DNA of 64,000 bases from assembly GCF_009914755.1 (NCBI RefSeq), contig NC_060947.1. The stretch is one strand, 5' to 3'. Of this stretch, positions 44,971 to 58,224 are shown piece by piece; position 1 is the stretch's first letter; each line of letters begins with the position of its first letter. The notes below the pieces were generated by a model that saw only the letters and a list, made by a program, of their open reading frames with translations, searched no databases and had not been told where the DNA came from. A program made the position numbers and the translations under genes. The stretch comes from the human T2T-CHM13v2.0 reference genome, Homo sapiens.

Positions 44971-47318
44971 CAAATCTTTAGCCAGATGAACAAAAAAGAG
45001 AGGACTCAAATACATAAATCAAAAATGAAAGAGAAGAATTTGCAACTGATACAACAGAAATACAAAGAATTATAAGAGACTGCTATCAACAATTACATGC
45101 CAACAAGTTGGATAGCCTAGAAAAAAAAATACATTTTTATAAACATACAACCTGCCAAGACTGAATTATGACAAAGTAGAAAATTAAACAGACCAATGTG
45201 TAAGAAGAGTGAAAAACTTATAATAAGTTTCCTATCAAAGAAAATCCCAGGATCTGATGGCTTGACTGCTAAATTTTGCCAAACATTTCAATAAGAGCTA
45301 TTAATAATACCAATTATTCTCAAACTCTTCCAAAAAAAGTAAAGAAAAGGCAATATATTCAAACTCAGTTTATGAGGCCAGCATTATCCTGATACCAAAA
45401 CTAGACAAAGACACTATAAGAAAAGAAAATTACAAGTCAATATCTCTGACGAACATAGATGAAAAGCTCTTTAACAAAATATTAGCTAACCAAATACAAC
45501 AGCACATTAGAAAGATTATGATCAAGTGGGATTTACCCCTAAGATACAAGAATGATTCAACATATGCAAATCAATAAATGTGCTACATAACATTAACAGA
45601 ATAAAGGACAAACATCAAAGATATTTCTGTAGATGCAAACAAGGCATTTGACAAAATTCAACATGCTTTTATCATAAAACACTCAACAAATTAGATATAG
45701 AAGAAATATACCTCAACACATAAAAGGTCATATGTCACAAACCCAAAGATAACATCATGTTTATTGGTGAAAAGTTGAAAGTTTTTCCTCTTATCAGGAA
45801 CAAAACAAAAATGACCAATCTCATCACTTCTATTCAACAAAGTACTGGGAATCCTATTCAAAGCAATTCAACAAAAGAAAAATATGAAAACATCCAAATT
45901 GGAAAGGAAAAAGATACATTGTCTGTGTTTGCAGACAACATAATCTTATATATGGAAAACCCTAAAGACTCCTCCCCAAAGCTGTTAAAACTAATAAACA
46001 AATTCAATAATGTTGTAGGATACAAAACCATCATACAATTGTCAGTAGTATATTTATACAATAACAATAATATATCTGAAAAAAATTACCCTATTTACAT
46101 TAGTTACAATATAAAAATAAAATACATCAAATTAAAATTTAATCAAGGAGAAGAAAGGCCTGTTACTGAAAACTATGAAATATTGATGAGAGAAATTCAA
46201 GAAAAAAAAACAAATAATTGAAATGATATGGTTATGTATCAGAAGAATTAATTTTGTTAAAATAACTATACTACCCAAAGTAATTTACAGATTCAATGCA
46301 ATCTGTATCAAAATAGCAATGACATTTTTCACAGAAAAAAATACAACAATCCTGCAGTTTATATGGAACGACAAGAGACTCTCAATATCCAAAGCAATTT
46401 AAACAAAAAATCTAATCCAGAGGCACCATATTATCTTACTTCAAAATACACTTTAAAGTCCCAGTAATCAAAACAGTATGGTACTGGGAGAAAAGGAGCC
46501 CAGAAATATATTTATGCAATTGATCTTTGACAAAGGTGCCAAGAATACACAAAAGAGAGTCTCTTCAATAAATAGTGTTGGAATAACTGAATATTCACAT
46601 ACAGAAGAATGAAATTAGACTCTCATCTGACATCATATATTAAAGGCAGCTCAAAAATGTATTAAACACTTAAATATAGGACAAGGAACTATAAAACTAC
46701 TAGAAGAAAGCATAGGGAAAAAGTTCTGTGACATTGGTCTGGGCAATGATTTTTTGTAGGTGTTCCCAAAAGGTCATGCAACAAAACTGAAAATAGACAA
46801 ATGGAATTATATCCAACTACAAAGCTTCTACACAGCAGCAACAACAAACAAACAACAAACCAACAAATGAAAAAACAACAGAGTGAAGGGACAACCTACA
46901 TAATGGGAGAAAATATTTGCAAACCATATATCTGATAAAAAGGTTAATATCCAAAATAGAAAATTTAAACAACTCGTTAGAAAAAAAACACTATTAAAAA
47001 TGAGCGAATGATCTTAATATACATTTCTGAAAAGAAGACATACAAATGGCCAATAAGTATATGAAAAAAAATGCTCAACACCACTATCAGAGAAATGCAA
47101 ATTTAAGCCACAAGGAACTAACACCCTATACATGTTATAATAGCTTTAATCAAAAGGATGAAATATAACAAATGCTGGTGAGGATGTGGAGGAATGGGAA
47201 CCCACATTGTTGGTAGGAATGTAAAATGGTGAAGCTGATATGGAAAACAGTATGCTAGTTGTTAAAAAAATTAAAAATGAAGGTACCATATGATTCAGCA
47301 TTCCCACTACAATGTATA

Positions 47319-47714
47319 TGTCTTACTCCATTTTGTGTTGCTATAACAGAGTATCTGAGACTGGGTGATTTATAATAAAAAGAAATTGATTTGTCTCATA
47401 GTTTTGGAAGCTGAGAGTATCAAGATCTAGAGGCCACATTAGGTGAGCAGCTTCTTGCTGTGTCATAACATGGTGGAAAGCATTACATGGTTAGAGTGTG
47501 CACATAAAAGAGAGAAGGAGATTAAATTCATCCTTTTATCAAAAACCTACTCTCAAGATAATTAACCCACTTTTACAATAACAATATTAATCCATTCCTG
47601 AGGGAGAACCCTCATCACTTAGTCACCTCTTAAAGTTCCCACCTCTCAACACTTTTCCTTTGGGGATGAAATTGCCAACACATGGACTCTGCGGGACACA
47701 TTCAACACTTATCA
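47319..47714 (-). mobile_element. MSTC/MSTD-like MaLR solo LTR
   Basis: TGTCTTACTCCATTTTGTGTTGCTATAACAGA...GGGACACATTCAACACTTATCA; perfect 5-bp TSD GTATA. Confidence 0.85.
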
Positions 47715-48359
47715 GTATATATCTAAAGAAATAAAATAAGCATATGAAAAGATCGCTGAACTCTCATGTTAGTTTCAGCATTCCTCACAATGGCTAAGAT
47801 ATAGAATCAACCTAAGTGTCCAATAACAGATATATAAAGGAAGTGTGGCATATATACACAGTAGAATACATTCAACCTTAAAAGATAAGGAAATCCTGTC
47901 ATTTATTAGGACATGAATGAACCTAGAGAAATTTATGCCAAGTGAAATAAATCAGGAAAAGGAAAACAAATACTGTATGATCTCATTTATATATGGAATC
48001 AAAAAAAGTTGGACTCATGGAAGGGGGGAGTGGAATGGTGGTTACCATAGTCTGTGGGTGGGGGCAGATGCTGGGAAAATGGTCAAATAAAACAAAGTTT
48101 CAGTTAGATAGGAGGAATAAGTGCAAGATATTTATTGACAACTTGGTTACTATAGTTAGTAGCAATGTATTGCATCCTCAAAACTTGCTAAGTGAGTAGA
48201 TTTTAAGAGTTCTCATCACCAAAAAATAAATATGTGAGGTAATGCATAGGTTAATTTAATCTAGTCATTCAAAAATGTATATGCATTGCAAAACATTATG
48301 TTGTACATCATAAATATGTACAACTTTATTTGCCAATTAAAAATAAATAAAAATAATTT

Positions 48360-50205
<1,846 letters not shown>

Positions 50206-50650
50206 AATATATACAAGTAGATACATTTTACTTTAAGTATACAACTTATTCATGTCAATCTTTTAAAGTAGAAATGATATCTTTGCACATAATGTCCTCT
50301 AAATAAGTTCTGAATCATCTTTTTTGTATTAATCACACCCATAATGCAGTCTATGATTTATAGTTTGAATTTCTTTAAAGTGGAACCAGAATTAAAAGAC
50401 AAAAATAAAACAATATTCATACAATCCTTCTAGATTTTTACAAAGCTTCCACAATGTTTTTAGTTATTTGATCTACACCTATTTTCATAATATAATTTCT
50501 ATTCTAGAATGACTTTATGTAGTCATTCTACAACATTATGTTAATATTCATAGAAAATTTGTACGTTATCACACATAATTCATCAGAGACAAAGGGATGC
50601 CTTTTATCTTTATAGTGTGCTTTATATTCAAAATGCTCTTCACAAGAATG

Positions 50651-51000
50651 CAATATGGTTTGGATGTTTGTCCCCTCCAAATCTCAAGTTAAAATGTGGA
50701 CTTTATGCTGAAATGAGTCAAGACTTTGCGAGAGTATTGGGAAGGCATGATATATTTTGTAAAGTGAGAAGAACATGAGAATTGGGAGGCCAGAGGCAGA
50801 ACGACATAGCTTGGATGTTTGTGCCCTCCAAATATCATGTTAAAATGTGACCTCCAGTGTCGGAAGTGGGACCTACTGGGACGTATTAAATCACGGGGAC
50901 AGATCACTGATGAATAGCTTGGTGTCATCCCCTTAGTGATAAGTGAATTCCCACTCAGGTCTTGTGAGATATAATTGTTAAAAGAGTGTGAGACCTCCCG
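50651..51000 (+). mobile_element. Internally collapsed MST provirus (5'LTR stub, internal 3' end, partial 3'LTR)
   Basis: LTR start TGGATGTTTGT(C/G)CCCTCCAAAT occurs twice (~50661, ~50812), separated by MST-int terminal sequence and PPT GGGAGGCCAGAGGCAGAA. Confidence 0.8.
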
Positions 51001-51149
51001 CTTACTAAGGGGGAACTGAACAAAAAGTTAATATGCTAACATGTTAATAAAATTTCAACAGTTCCTTACATTAATCAAATTGTTTGTTGACTTAAATATT
51101 GAATTAATGAATATAAGACATAATACAAGAGATATGAATAGATGCTTTA

Positions 51150-51345
51150 AAGTAGAATGACATAAAATGTACTGGACATGGAAACAGAAGACTTTAGGTT
51201 GAATTCTGCTACTATCACTTAATAAATATGAGACCTTTAGAACACTGATAACCTCTCTGAACCAGTATGTTCTCCTTAGTAAAGACCAAGTATGCTTTAA
51301 CTGTTTCACGTGTAGTGGCAAGGATCAAGTGAATTAATGCCTAGG
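51150..51345 (+). mobile_element. MIR
   Basis: ACAGAAGACTTTAGGTTGAATTCTGCTACTATCACTT...GACCTTTAG...AACCTCTCTGAACCAG. Confidence 0.65.
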
Positions 51346-51814
51346 AAAAGACAAATTAAGACTCTAAAAAGTGGCATATAGCACATATTTTTAGGAACAT
51401 ACTTAAGAGACTTAATGATACATCCATTATATTAATTTTCTACAATGAAATGGAAATATGCTCAGTGTATATTTTTGATCATGTCAGTACATTTGGATTG
51501 CGATCTCAGAAAAAGGGAGAGACAAATGTAAACACTAGAGATGCTATCGTCAGATCTACTTTAAGTAGGGTAAATTTAGGCTTAAGTTCACTGAGGAAAA
51601 CTTCAGTTTTATGCCTACTGTCCCAGCATAATATTATGATTTCCTCTTTTTATTTCAGATGTATAAATTTTTAAACTATGACTTATATGATTACTCTGAT
51701 ATTAAATTGTCAATGCCAGTATTTACTACTAGAAGAGTCAATCTTCAAGGATTTAGAAGTAACTCTGAACAAAGTGAATAAGATTGATCACATGACAGAA
51801 TAATTAAACATTTG

Positions 51815-54760
51815 GATTTTTTCCAAGATAGAGGTTTGAAAGCTTAGTTAGCATGCCTCATCCTCTTGGGAAGAGCAAGATAGTGTATAGAAATTCACAG
51901 TGTGAAGTTTTATCTAAGAAATAACACAGAAACTCCACAGAAAATTTGAAAGAAACTTTATACACTTTGAAAAAATAAAAAAGGATGGGCAGCAACCTGT
52001 ACCGTGAATCAGGTGGAGAACTGTGAGTCTCCAGAGCATAAAAGAGAGAGACTATCTCCATGATTCGCACATCCACTGGGAAGTTGGGCAATTCAAGCCA
52101 TAGGAGACTGCCTTAACCCAACCCAGTGCTAGAGCTAATTTGGTGAACAGTTGCGGGGCATATGAGAAGGAGCAACATCGGGACATGCTTTGTGTGCACT
52201 CCCACAATCCAGCTGGGACAGAAGGAAGTCATTCCTGATTTTAACATATAAGGCACCTCATGGAATTCTGCCAGCCAACTCAGGCAGTGGTCACAGGTTG
52301 GGAGAAGCTCCCAACTACGATTATAATCTAATGTCAAGCAGGAATAAATCCGAACTGAGAGGCTAGCTGGATGTGTGCTCTTGCCACAGTCACAAGAGTT
52401 AAACACTCTGGCTGCACAGGTGAGCAAACTTGCAGTATGGCCTTAAAGCCACAGTTTCTATTTCAGGTGGGAAGGCTTGTAGCCTGAGGCAGTTGTGCAT
52501 TCGGCATGCAGATGGACTGGGACCAAGCTAGCTGTTGAAGCTTTCTGCCAGCAGGAGGCTGTGGATGTGAGACTGGCTATGTCAAAGCATGGGATCTGGG
52601 TGGATCTCACTGCCACCCGCTACACCTATCTACCCACGTAGACTTCTCTCTGCAGACTAGGCAATTCTGCTACTTCCTGGAACACTCCCCCAGCAGGCAG
52701 GGAACAGCCCTCCAATCCTCACTGGGGATGCTACTTGTACTCACATGTGGAGAGCCAGAGCATTACTCAGTCCCAACCAAGATTTGCCTTTCCACCTACT
52801 TTGGCAGCAGAACATGGACAGGAACCTGTGGGAAGTCTATGGTTCCACTTATTGTCTGAGACATCTGACGTCTTCTTCTGGGAAACATAGGCCAAGCATA
52901 AATCCCACAGCCACCACTGCAGCAGGATCTCTCCTGCAAGTACCACCTCTTGGTCACTGGTCAACCAGCACATTTGCAGACACAATAACACATCACTTGG
53001 GAAGAAGAAAATTTTTGCATGACCTCAGCTAACATCATTGCCAACAATACCTCAGCTACCCAAGAGGCCTTCAGCCTGTTCGTATGCCCAGTACAGTAAT
53101 ACTACAGCTGGAAATTGAGAAAGGTACTACCCTAAGGCAATTTACAACCAAGGAAATCTTACAGATTTCATGTCACCTCCTTGCAACTCCCATCAGAGAT
53201 GGTGTTTGCACCTGCCACTGAGAGACCAGAGGACAGGTCAGCTCAGTCCAGCTCCACCCAATATTACTCCCCTCTAGAGCTAAGAGTGGAGCTGAAGCCA
53301 CTGCATATACCACAGATCAGTTCCCCTGAGGCATCAGAAAGCTTCTCCAAATGGTTGACTCAAAATGTCAGTGACCTCAGAAGGATGAACCAAAATTAGA
53401 GGTGAATAGTCATATCCCAGATGGAGTGTTAAGAGTACTGAAGCCTATCACAAGGTTCATTGGAGGAATCTATGATACACATACAAACAAAAGTAATAAG
53501 AAGCTGGCAGGGATCAAACACTGAGCGAGTATCCCATGGAAAGGGTAGGTGGGAGTGCATTCAGCCTTGCTAGCCTTTGTGGCACACTGCTGATATCCAA
53601 ACTCAGGGAGATCTTCTTTGCTTTCATGAATCCAAGTAATGGCATGGGCTATGAATTGGGGACTTCTCAAGAACATTACACCGGGCTACAAGATTACACA
53701 CTGTCCCTTCCCTTTCCTCCTCGATCTGAGCTGCAATAGGGGGTGTCATACTGGGTGCACACCCCTTGTGGGACCTTCAACCCTTGTGTCTTCACATCGC
53801 TGGATCCCTTGCAGACATTCCCCAGAAGCAGCCTGGATGGTGGCAGCCCCATAGGGCAGCTAGACCAATAGGAGTCACAGGATTCACAGTAGTCTGGCCT
53901 TTGAGGATCACCCCTTCTCTTAGGGTAATGAGGAATTAACCACACTAAAGAAGCACTCTGTGGGCAAAAGAAACCAGACTGCAAGGTTTTCTGTGTCCCA
54001 GAGCTTCCTGCTTGTGGGAAGTTTCCTCAGCAGGGTCACTGGTGCAGTGCTGAGCTCAGTGGGGGAAGACTGCAGCTCTGCCACAGCAGTCAAGCAGCCC
54101 TGCTATTCATGAAGTGACTTAGAGAAGGGGACTTCTCTCCCCTCTCCAACCACTGTAGACACAGCTGGGGCTTCTCTTGTAGGAGCTTGGTGCAGGTGTA
54201 CCTGTAGGTAGACTTTCTGAAGCACTTCACCATGACTGCATCCCCATGGGAGATGTGCCCTCCAGTATCAATACTGCATGAGAGGTGTAGTCCCACTCCC
54301 TCTCTTCATGATCCATCAGTATCCCTGCAGATGAATAGAGGTGCTTGTTTGATCCGAATATATGGAACACTGGGACAGGGGCATGATGGGAAGGTGAAGC
54401 ATTTTCCTGCTGTCCTGCTAGTGGAGGAGCTGAGGCCATTCTCTCCCTTCCCTCTGTAAAGACATCACTGCATTTCACTGGGAGCTCCTCCAGCTGCCTC
54501 TGTCAGGACTGAGACTTTTGTTCACCATTGGGATATTGCATATATGTAAATGCTTCAGCTGCAGCCAGTTCTTACATTGTAGGTGCCTCCTACTGGCTTG
54601 AAGGTTAAACTGTTCCAACCCAATGGAAAAAAATAATACTGGGAAAAAAGAACACATTACACTGGGAAATGAAATAAGTTCCATGAGACCTCTGCTGTTT
54701 GGGCCCAACAGAAGACAGTGAACCTGCTCAACACCCAGAATATCACTGCTCATCTGAGAC
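51815..54760 (+). mobile_element. Long L1PB/L1MA-lineage 5'UTR (orphan, no ORF1)
   Basis: L1M-type start TTCCAAGATAG...; 54015-54760 is homologous to the 5'UTR at 34770-35520. Confidence 0.7.
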
Positions 54761-56766
54761 AAGGTTAGTCCCTCTGCCTACGACCCTTTAAAATAAAAAA
54801 CAAGGTAGTTATTCCCAAGATAAATTGGGATGTAGGCATTGAGTAAATATTCCCATTCCAAAAGGGAGGAATGAACCAAAACATAGGGGCTACAGGCCAC
54901 ATGCAAGTCCATAATTGAGCAAGGCAGTCATTATAAATCAGAGCTTCAAAATAATCTCCTTTGACTATATGTATCATGCCCCAGGCACACTTGTGAAAGG
55001 GGTGGGCTCCCATGGCCTTGGGCAGCTCTGCCCCTATGGCTTTGCAGGAGTCAACCCCCATAGCTGCTCTAAGTGTATGGTGTTGAGCACCTGCAGCTTT
55101 TCCAGGTGCATGGTGCAAATTGTCAGTGGATCTACAATTCTGGGGTCTGGAGGATGGTGGCCCTCTTCTCACAGCTCCACTAGGCAAAGTCCCAGTGGGG
55201 ACTTTGTGTGGGGACACTCCAACCCCACATTTCTCCTCTAAACTGCCCTAGTTCTCCATGATGGCTCTATTCGTGTAGCAGACTTCTGCTAGAAATCCAG
55301 GCTCTTTTATACATCTTCTGAAATCTAGGTAAAGGCTCACAAGTCTCGACTCCTGCACTCTGTGTACCTGCAGACTTTACACCACTTGGAAGCTGCCAAG
55401 GCTTATGGCTAGAACCCTCTTGAGTAGCAGCCCAAGCTGTATCTAGGGCCCTTTGAGCTTAGTCTGGAGCCAGAGGAGCTAGCCTTCAGGGAGCCATGTC
55501 CCAAGGCTGAGCAGAGAAGCAGGACCATAGGTATGGCCTGCAAAACCATTCTATCCTCCTAGGCCTCCAGGCCTATGATGGTTGGGGCTGCCACAAAGGT
55601 CTCTGAAATGCCTTCCAGGCCTCTTGCCCATAGTATTGGCTATAAGCACAAGCCTTCCTTTTAGTTATGCAAATTTCTGCAGCCTGTTTCATTTGCTTTC
55701 CTGAAAATGGGCTTCTCTTTTCTACCATGTGGCCAAGCTAAAAATTTTCAAAACACTTATGCTATGCTTTCCCTTTCAATGTAAGTTCTAGTTTCAGGCC
55801 ATTTATTGGTCACACATATTAGCATAGGTTGTTAGAAGCAGCCAGGCCAAATCTGGAATGCTTTGCTACTTAGAAATTTCTTCTGCCAGATACCCTAAAT
55901 CATCACTCTCAAGTTCAAAGTTCCACAGATCCCTATGGTAGCAATACAATGCAGCCAGGCTCTTTGCTAAAACATAGCAAAAATGACCTTTACTTGAGTT
56001 CCCAATAAGTTTCAAAATAATCTCCTTTGACTCCATGTCTCATATCCAGAACACACTGGTGTGAAGGGAGGGCTCCCAAAACCTTGGGCAACTCCACCCT
56101 TGTGATGCTGCAGGGTTCAGCCCCTGTGGCTGCTCTCAAGAGCTGGCATTGAGTGCCTATGGCTTTTCCAGGCACATGGTGCAAGCTGTTGATGGGTCTA
56201 CTATTCTGGGGTCTGGAGGATGGTGGTCCTTTTCTCACAGCCCCACTCTGTGGGGGCTCCAACCCCACATCTCTTCTTCATACTGACCTAGTGAATGTTT
56301 TGCCCCTGCAGTAGGCTTTTGCCTGGACATGTAGGCTTTTCTACACATCCTCTGAAGTCTAAGCAGAGGTTCCGAAGCCTCAATAATTGCACTCTGTAAA
56401 CCCACAGGCTTATCACCACATGGAAGCCATCATGGCTTACAGTTTTCACTCTCTGAAGCAGTGGCCTGAGCTGTACCTGGGCTTATTTGAGTTACAGCTG
56501 GGCTGGAGTGGCTGGGATACAGGGGGCAGTGTCCTGAGACTGTGCGGTGCTGTGGGGCCCTAGTCCTGACCTACAAAACCATTCTTCCCTCCTAGGCCTA
56601 CAAGCCTGTGATGGGAGGAGCTGCCATGAAAGTCTCTGCCCTCATCTTCCTGTCTTCTTCTGAGCCCTTTAAACTCCTCCAACCTCTGCCAGTTACCTAG
56701 TTCCAAAGTTGCTTCCACATTTTCAGGTATCTTTATAGCAATACCCTAATTTGAGGACCAATTTTC
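54761..56766 (-). mobile_element. MaLR internal sequence (MST/THE1-int) with an internal duplication
   Basis: TCTGGGGTCTGGAGGATGGTGG and CAAAATAATCTCCTTTGACT each occur twice; ends at ...ACCAATTTTC next to the LTR. Confidence 0.9.
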
Positions 56767-57416
56767 TGTATTAGTTTGTGTTAGTCCATTTTCACACTGC
56801 TACAAAAAATACCGGAGACTGGGTAATTTATAAAGGAAAGAGGTTTAATTGACTCACAGTTCTGCATGGCTGGGGATGCCTCAGGAAACATAAAATCATG
56901 GCAAAAGGCAAAGGGGAAGCAGGCAACTTCTTCACAAGGCAGCAGGAGAGAGAAGAGTGAAGGAGGAACTGTCAAACACTTATAAAACCATAAGATCTCA
57001 TTAGAACTCACTCACTATCACAAGAACAGCGTGGAGGAAACTTCCCCCATGATCCAATCACTTCCCTCCCTTGACACATGGGGATTACAGATCCCTCCCT
57101 TGACATATGGGGATTACAGATCCCTCCCTTGACATATGGGGATTACAAATCAAGATGAGATTTGAGTGGGGACACAGAGCCAAACCATATCATATCTGTT
57201 CTTGCATTGCTATATAGAAATGCCTGAGGCTGGGTAATTTATAAAGAAAAGAAGTTTAATTGGCTCAGGGTTTTGCAGGCTGTACAGGAAGCTTAGTGGC
57301 TTCTTCATGAAAACTCCACCCCATGATTAAATCACTTCTCGCCAGGCCCCACCTCCTACACTGGGTATTACAATTCAACATGAGATTTGATGGGGACACA
57401 GATCCAAACCATATCA
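56767..57416 (-). mobile_element. MSTA-like LTR (56767-56776 plus 57193-57416) with a THE1-type LTR nested inside
   Basis: TGTATTAG resumes as TCTGTTCTTGCATTGCTAT after 57192; ends CCAAACCATATCA. Confidence 0.75.
56777..57192 (-). mobile_element. THE1C/D-like LTR with a 3x29-bp minisatellite
   Basis: TTAGTCCATTTTCACACTGCT...GGGGACACAGAGCCAAACCATATCA. Confidence 0.85.
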
Positions 57417-58224
57417 CCCCGACAGTCTAGAAGTGTTTTGAATATAGAAAGCATTTCAAAAATATGCATAAAATTGAATTTATTCTAAATGGTCTCTGAT
57501 ATAAATGGTCCCATTGGAAAGGTACATTAGTAAATGGTAAGTAAATATGTGCCTGTTATACAAAAATAATTATATTAATTGCTTTGGCTGGTTATAATAC
57601 TTGTTATTGGAAAATTGTGTTTTTATAGCAGAAAAGCATTCTTAATTAACGTAAAGTTAAGCTTAAATAATCTCTACATTTTCTTATACTTCTGAGAATC
57701 TAGGATATATTTTAATACATTACATTTTTTCTATCTGCAAATACTTTGAGACACAAATCTTTTTCCCCATGATCCCTACATTCATTTCTACTAACATTCT
57801 TAAGCCTACATCCAAACAAACAAAATCAAAAGATGCCTATGTTATTTTAAGCAATGTTTGATGGGCTACACATTTCATACCTTTTGACATATTTTATTAA
57901 AATGTTTAAATATTAGTGACATGGTCTTAGGATAAGTTATAATTAAAATGCATTCCTTACATTTTCTATGCTTATTGCTTTTTTGTTTATATATAAACAC
58001 ATTATCAAAATCAATGGTAAGTAAACTGTATCCTTTATAATAGCCTATCTTGAAATAGAGTGTAACAACAATCACTGAATGTAAATGACTGAATTTAAAT
58101 TCGGTCAGTGTCAGTTAACTCTATATGTAGCTGGAGCAGTCAAGTTAGTTAATACACAACTTTAGTTGGTTTTTACTAATTCTCAATAATGACTGAGAAG
58201 CCTATTAAAAATTGCCAGGTGTTG

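Larger units (their letters stand above)
42440..48357 (+). mobile_element. L1MA (L1MA4-6-like): ORF1 end, ORF2, 3'UTR; hosts L1PA and MST insertions
   Basis: Endonuclease-like ORF 43680-43949 (TFSKIDYML), RT-like VFADNIILY (45757); L1MA 3' end CAGTTAGATAGGAGGAATAAG...AATAAA. Confidence 0.85.

Noticed and set aside
54765-55217. 150-aa ORF with a paralog at 55990-56268
   Set aside because: Remnant reading frame of MaLR internal sequence, duplicated locally; no sign of domestication.
57063-57147. Short direct repeats of CRISPR-like length (also 42686-42763)
   Set aside because: Head-to-tail with no spacers, inside eukaryotic retroelements, and no cas genes.
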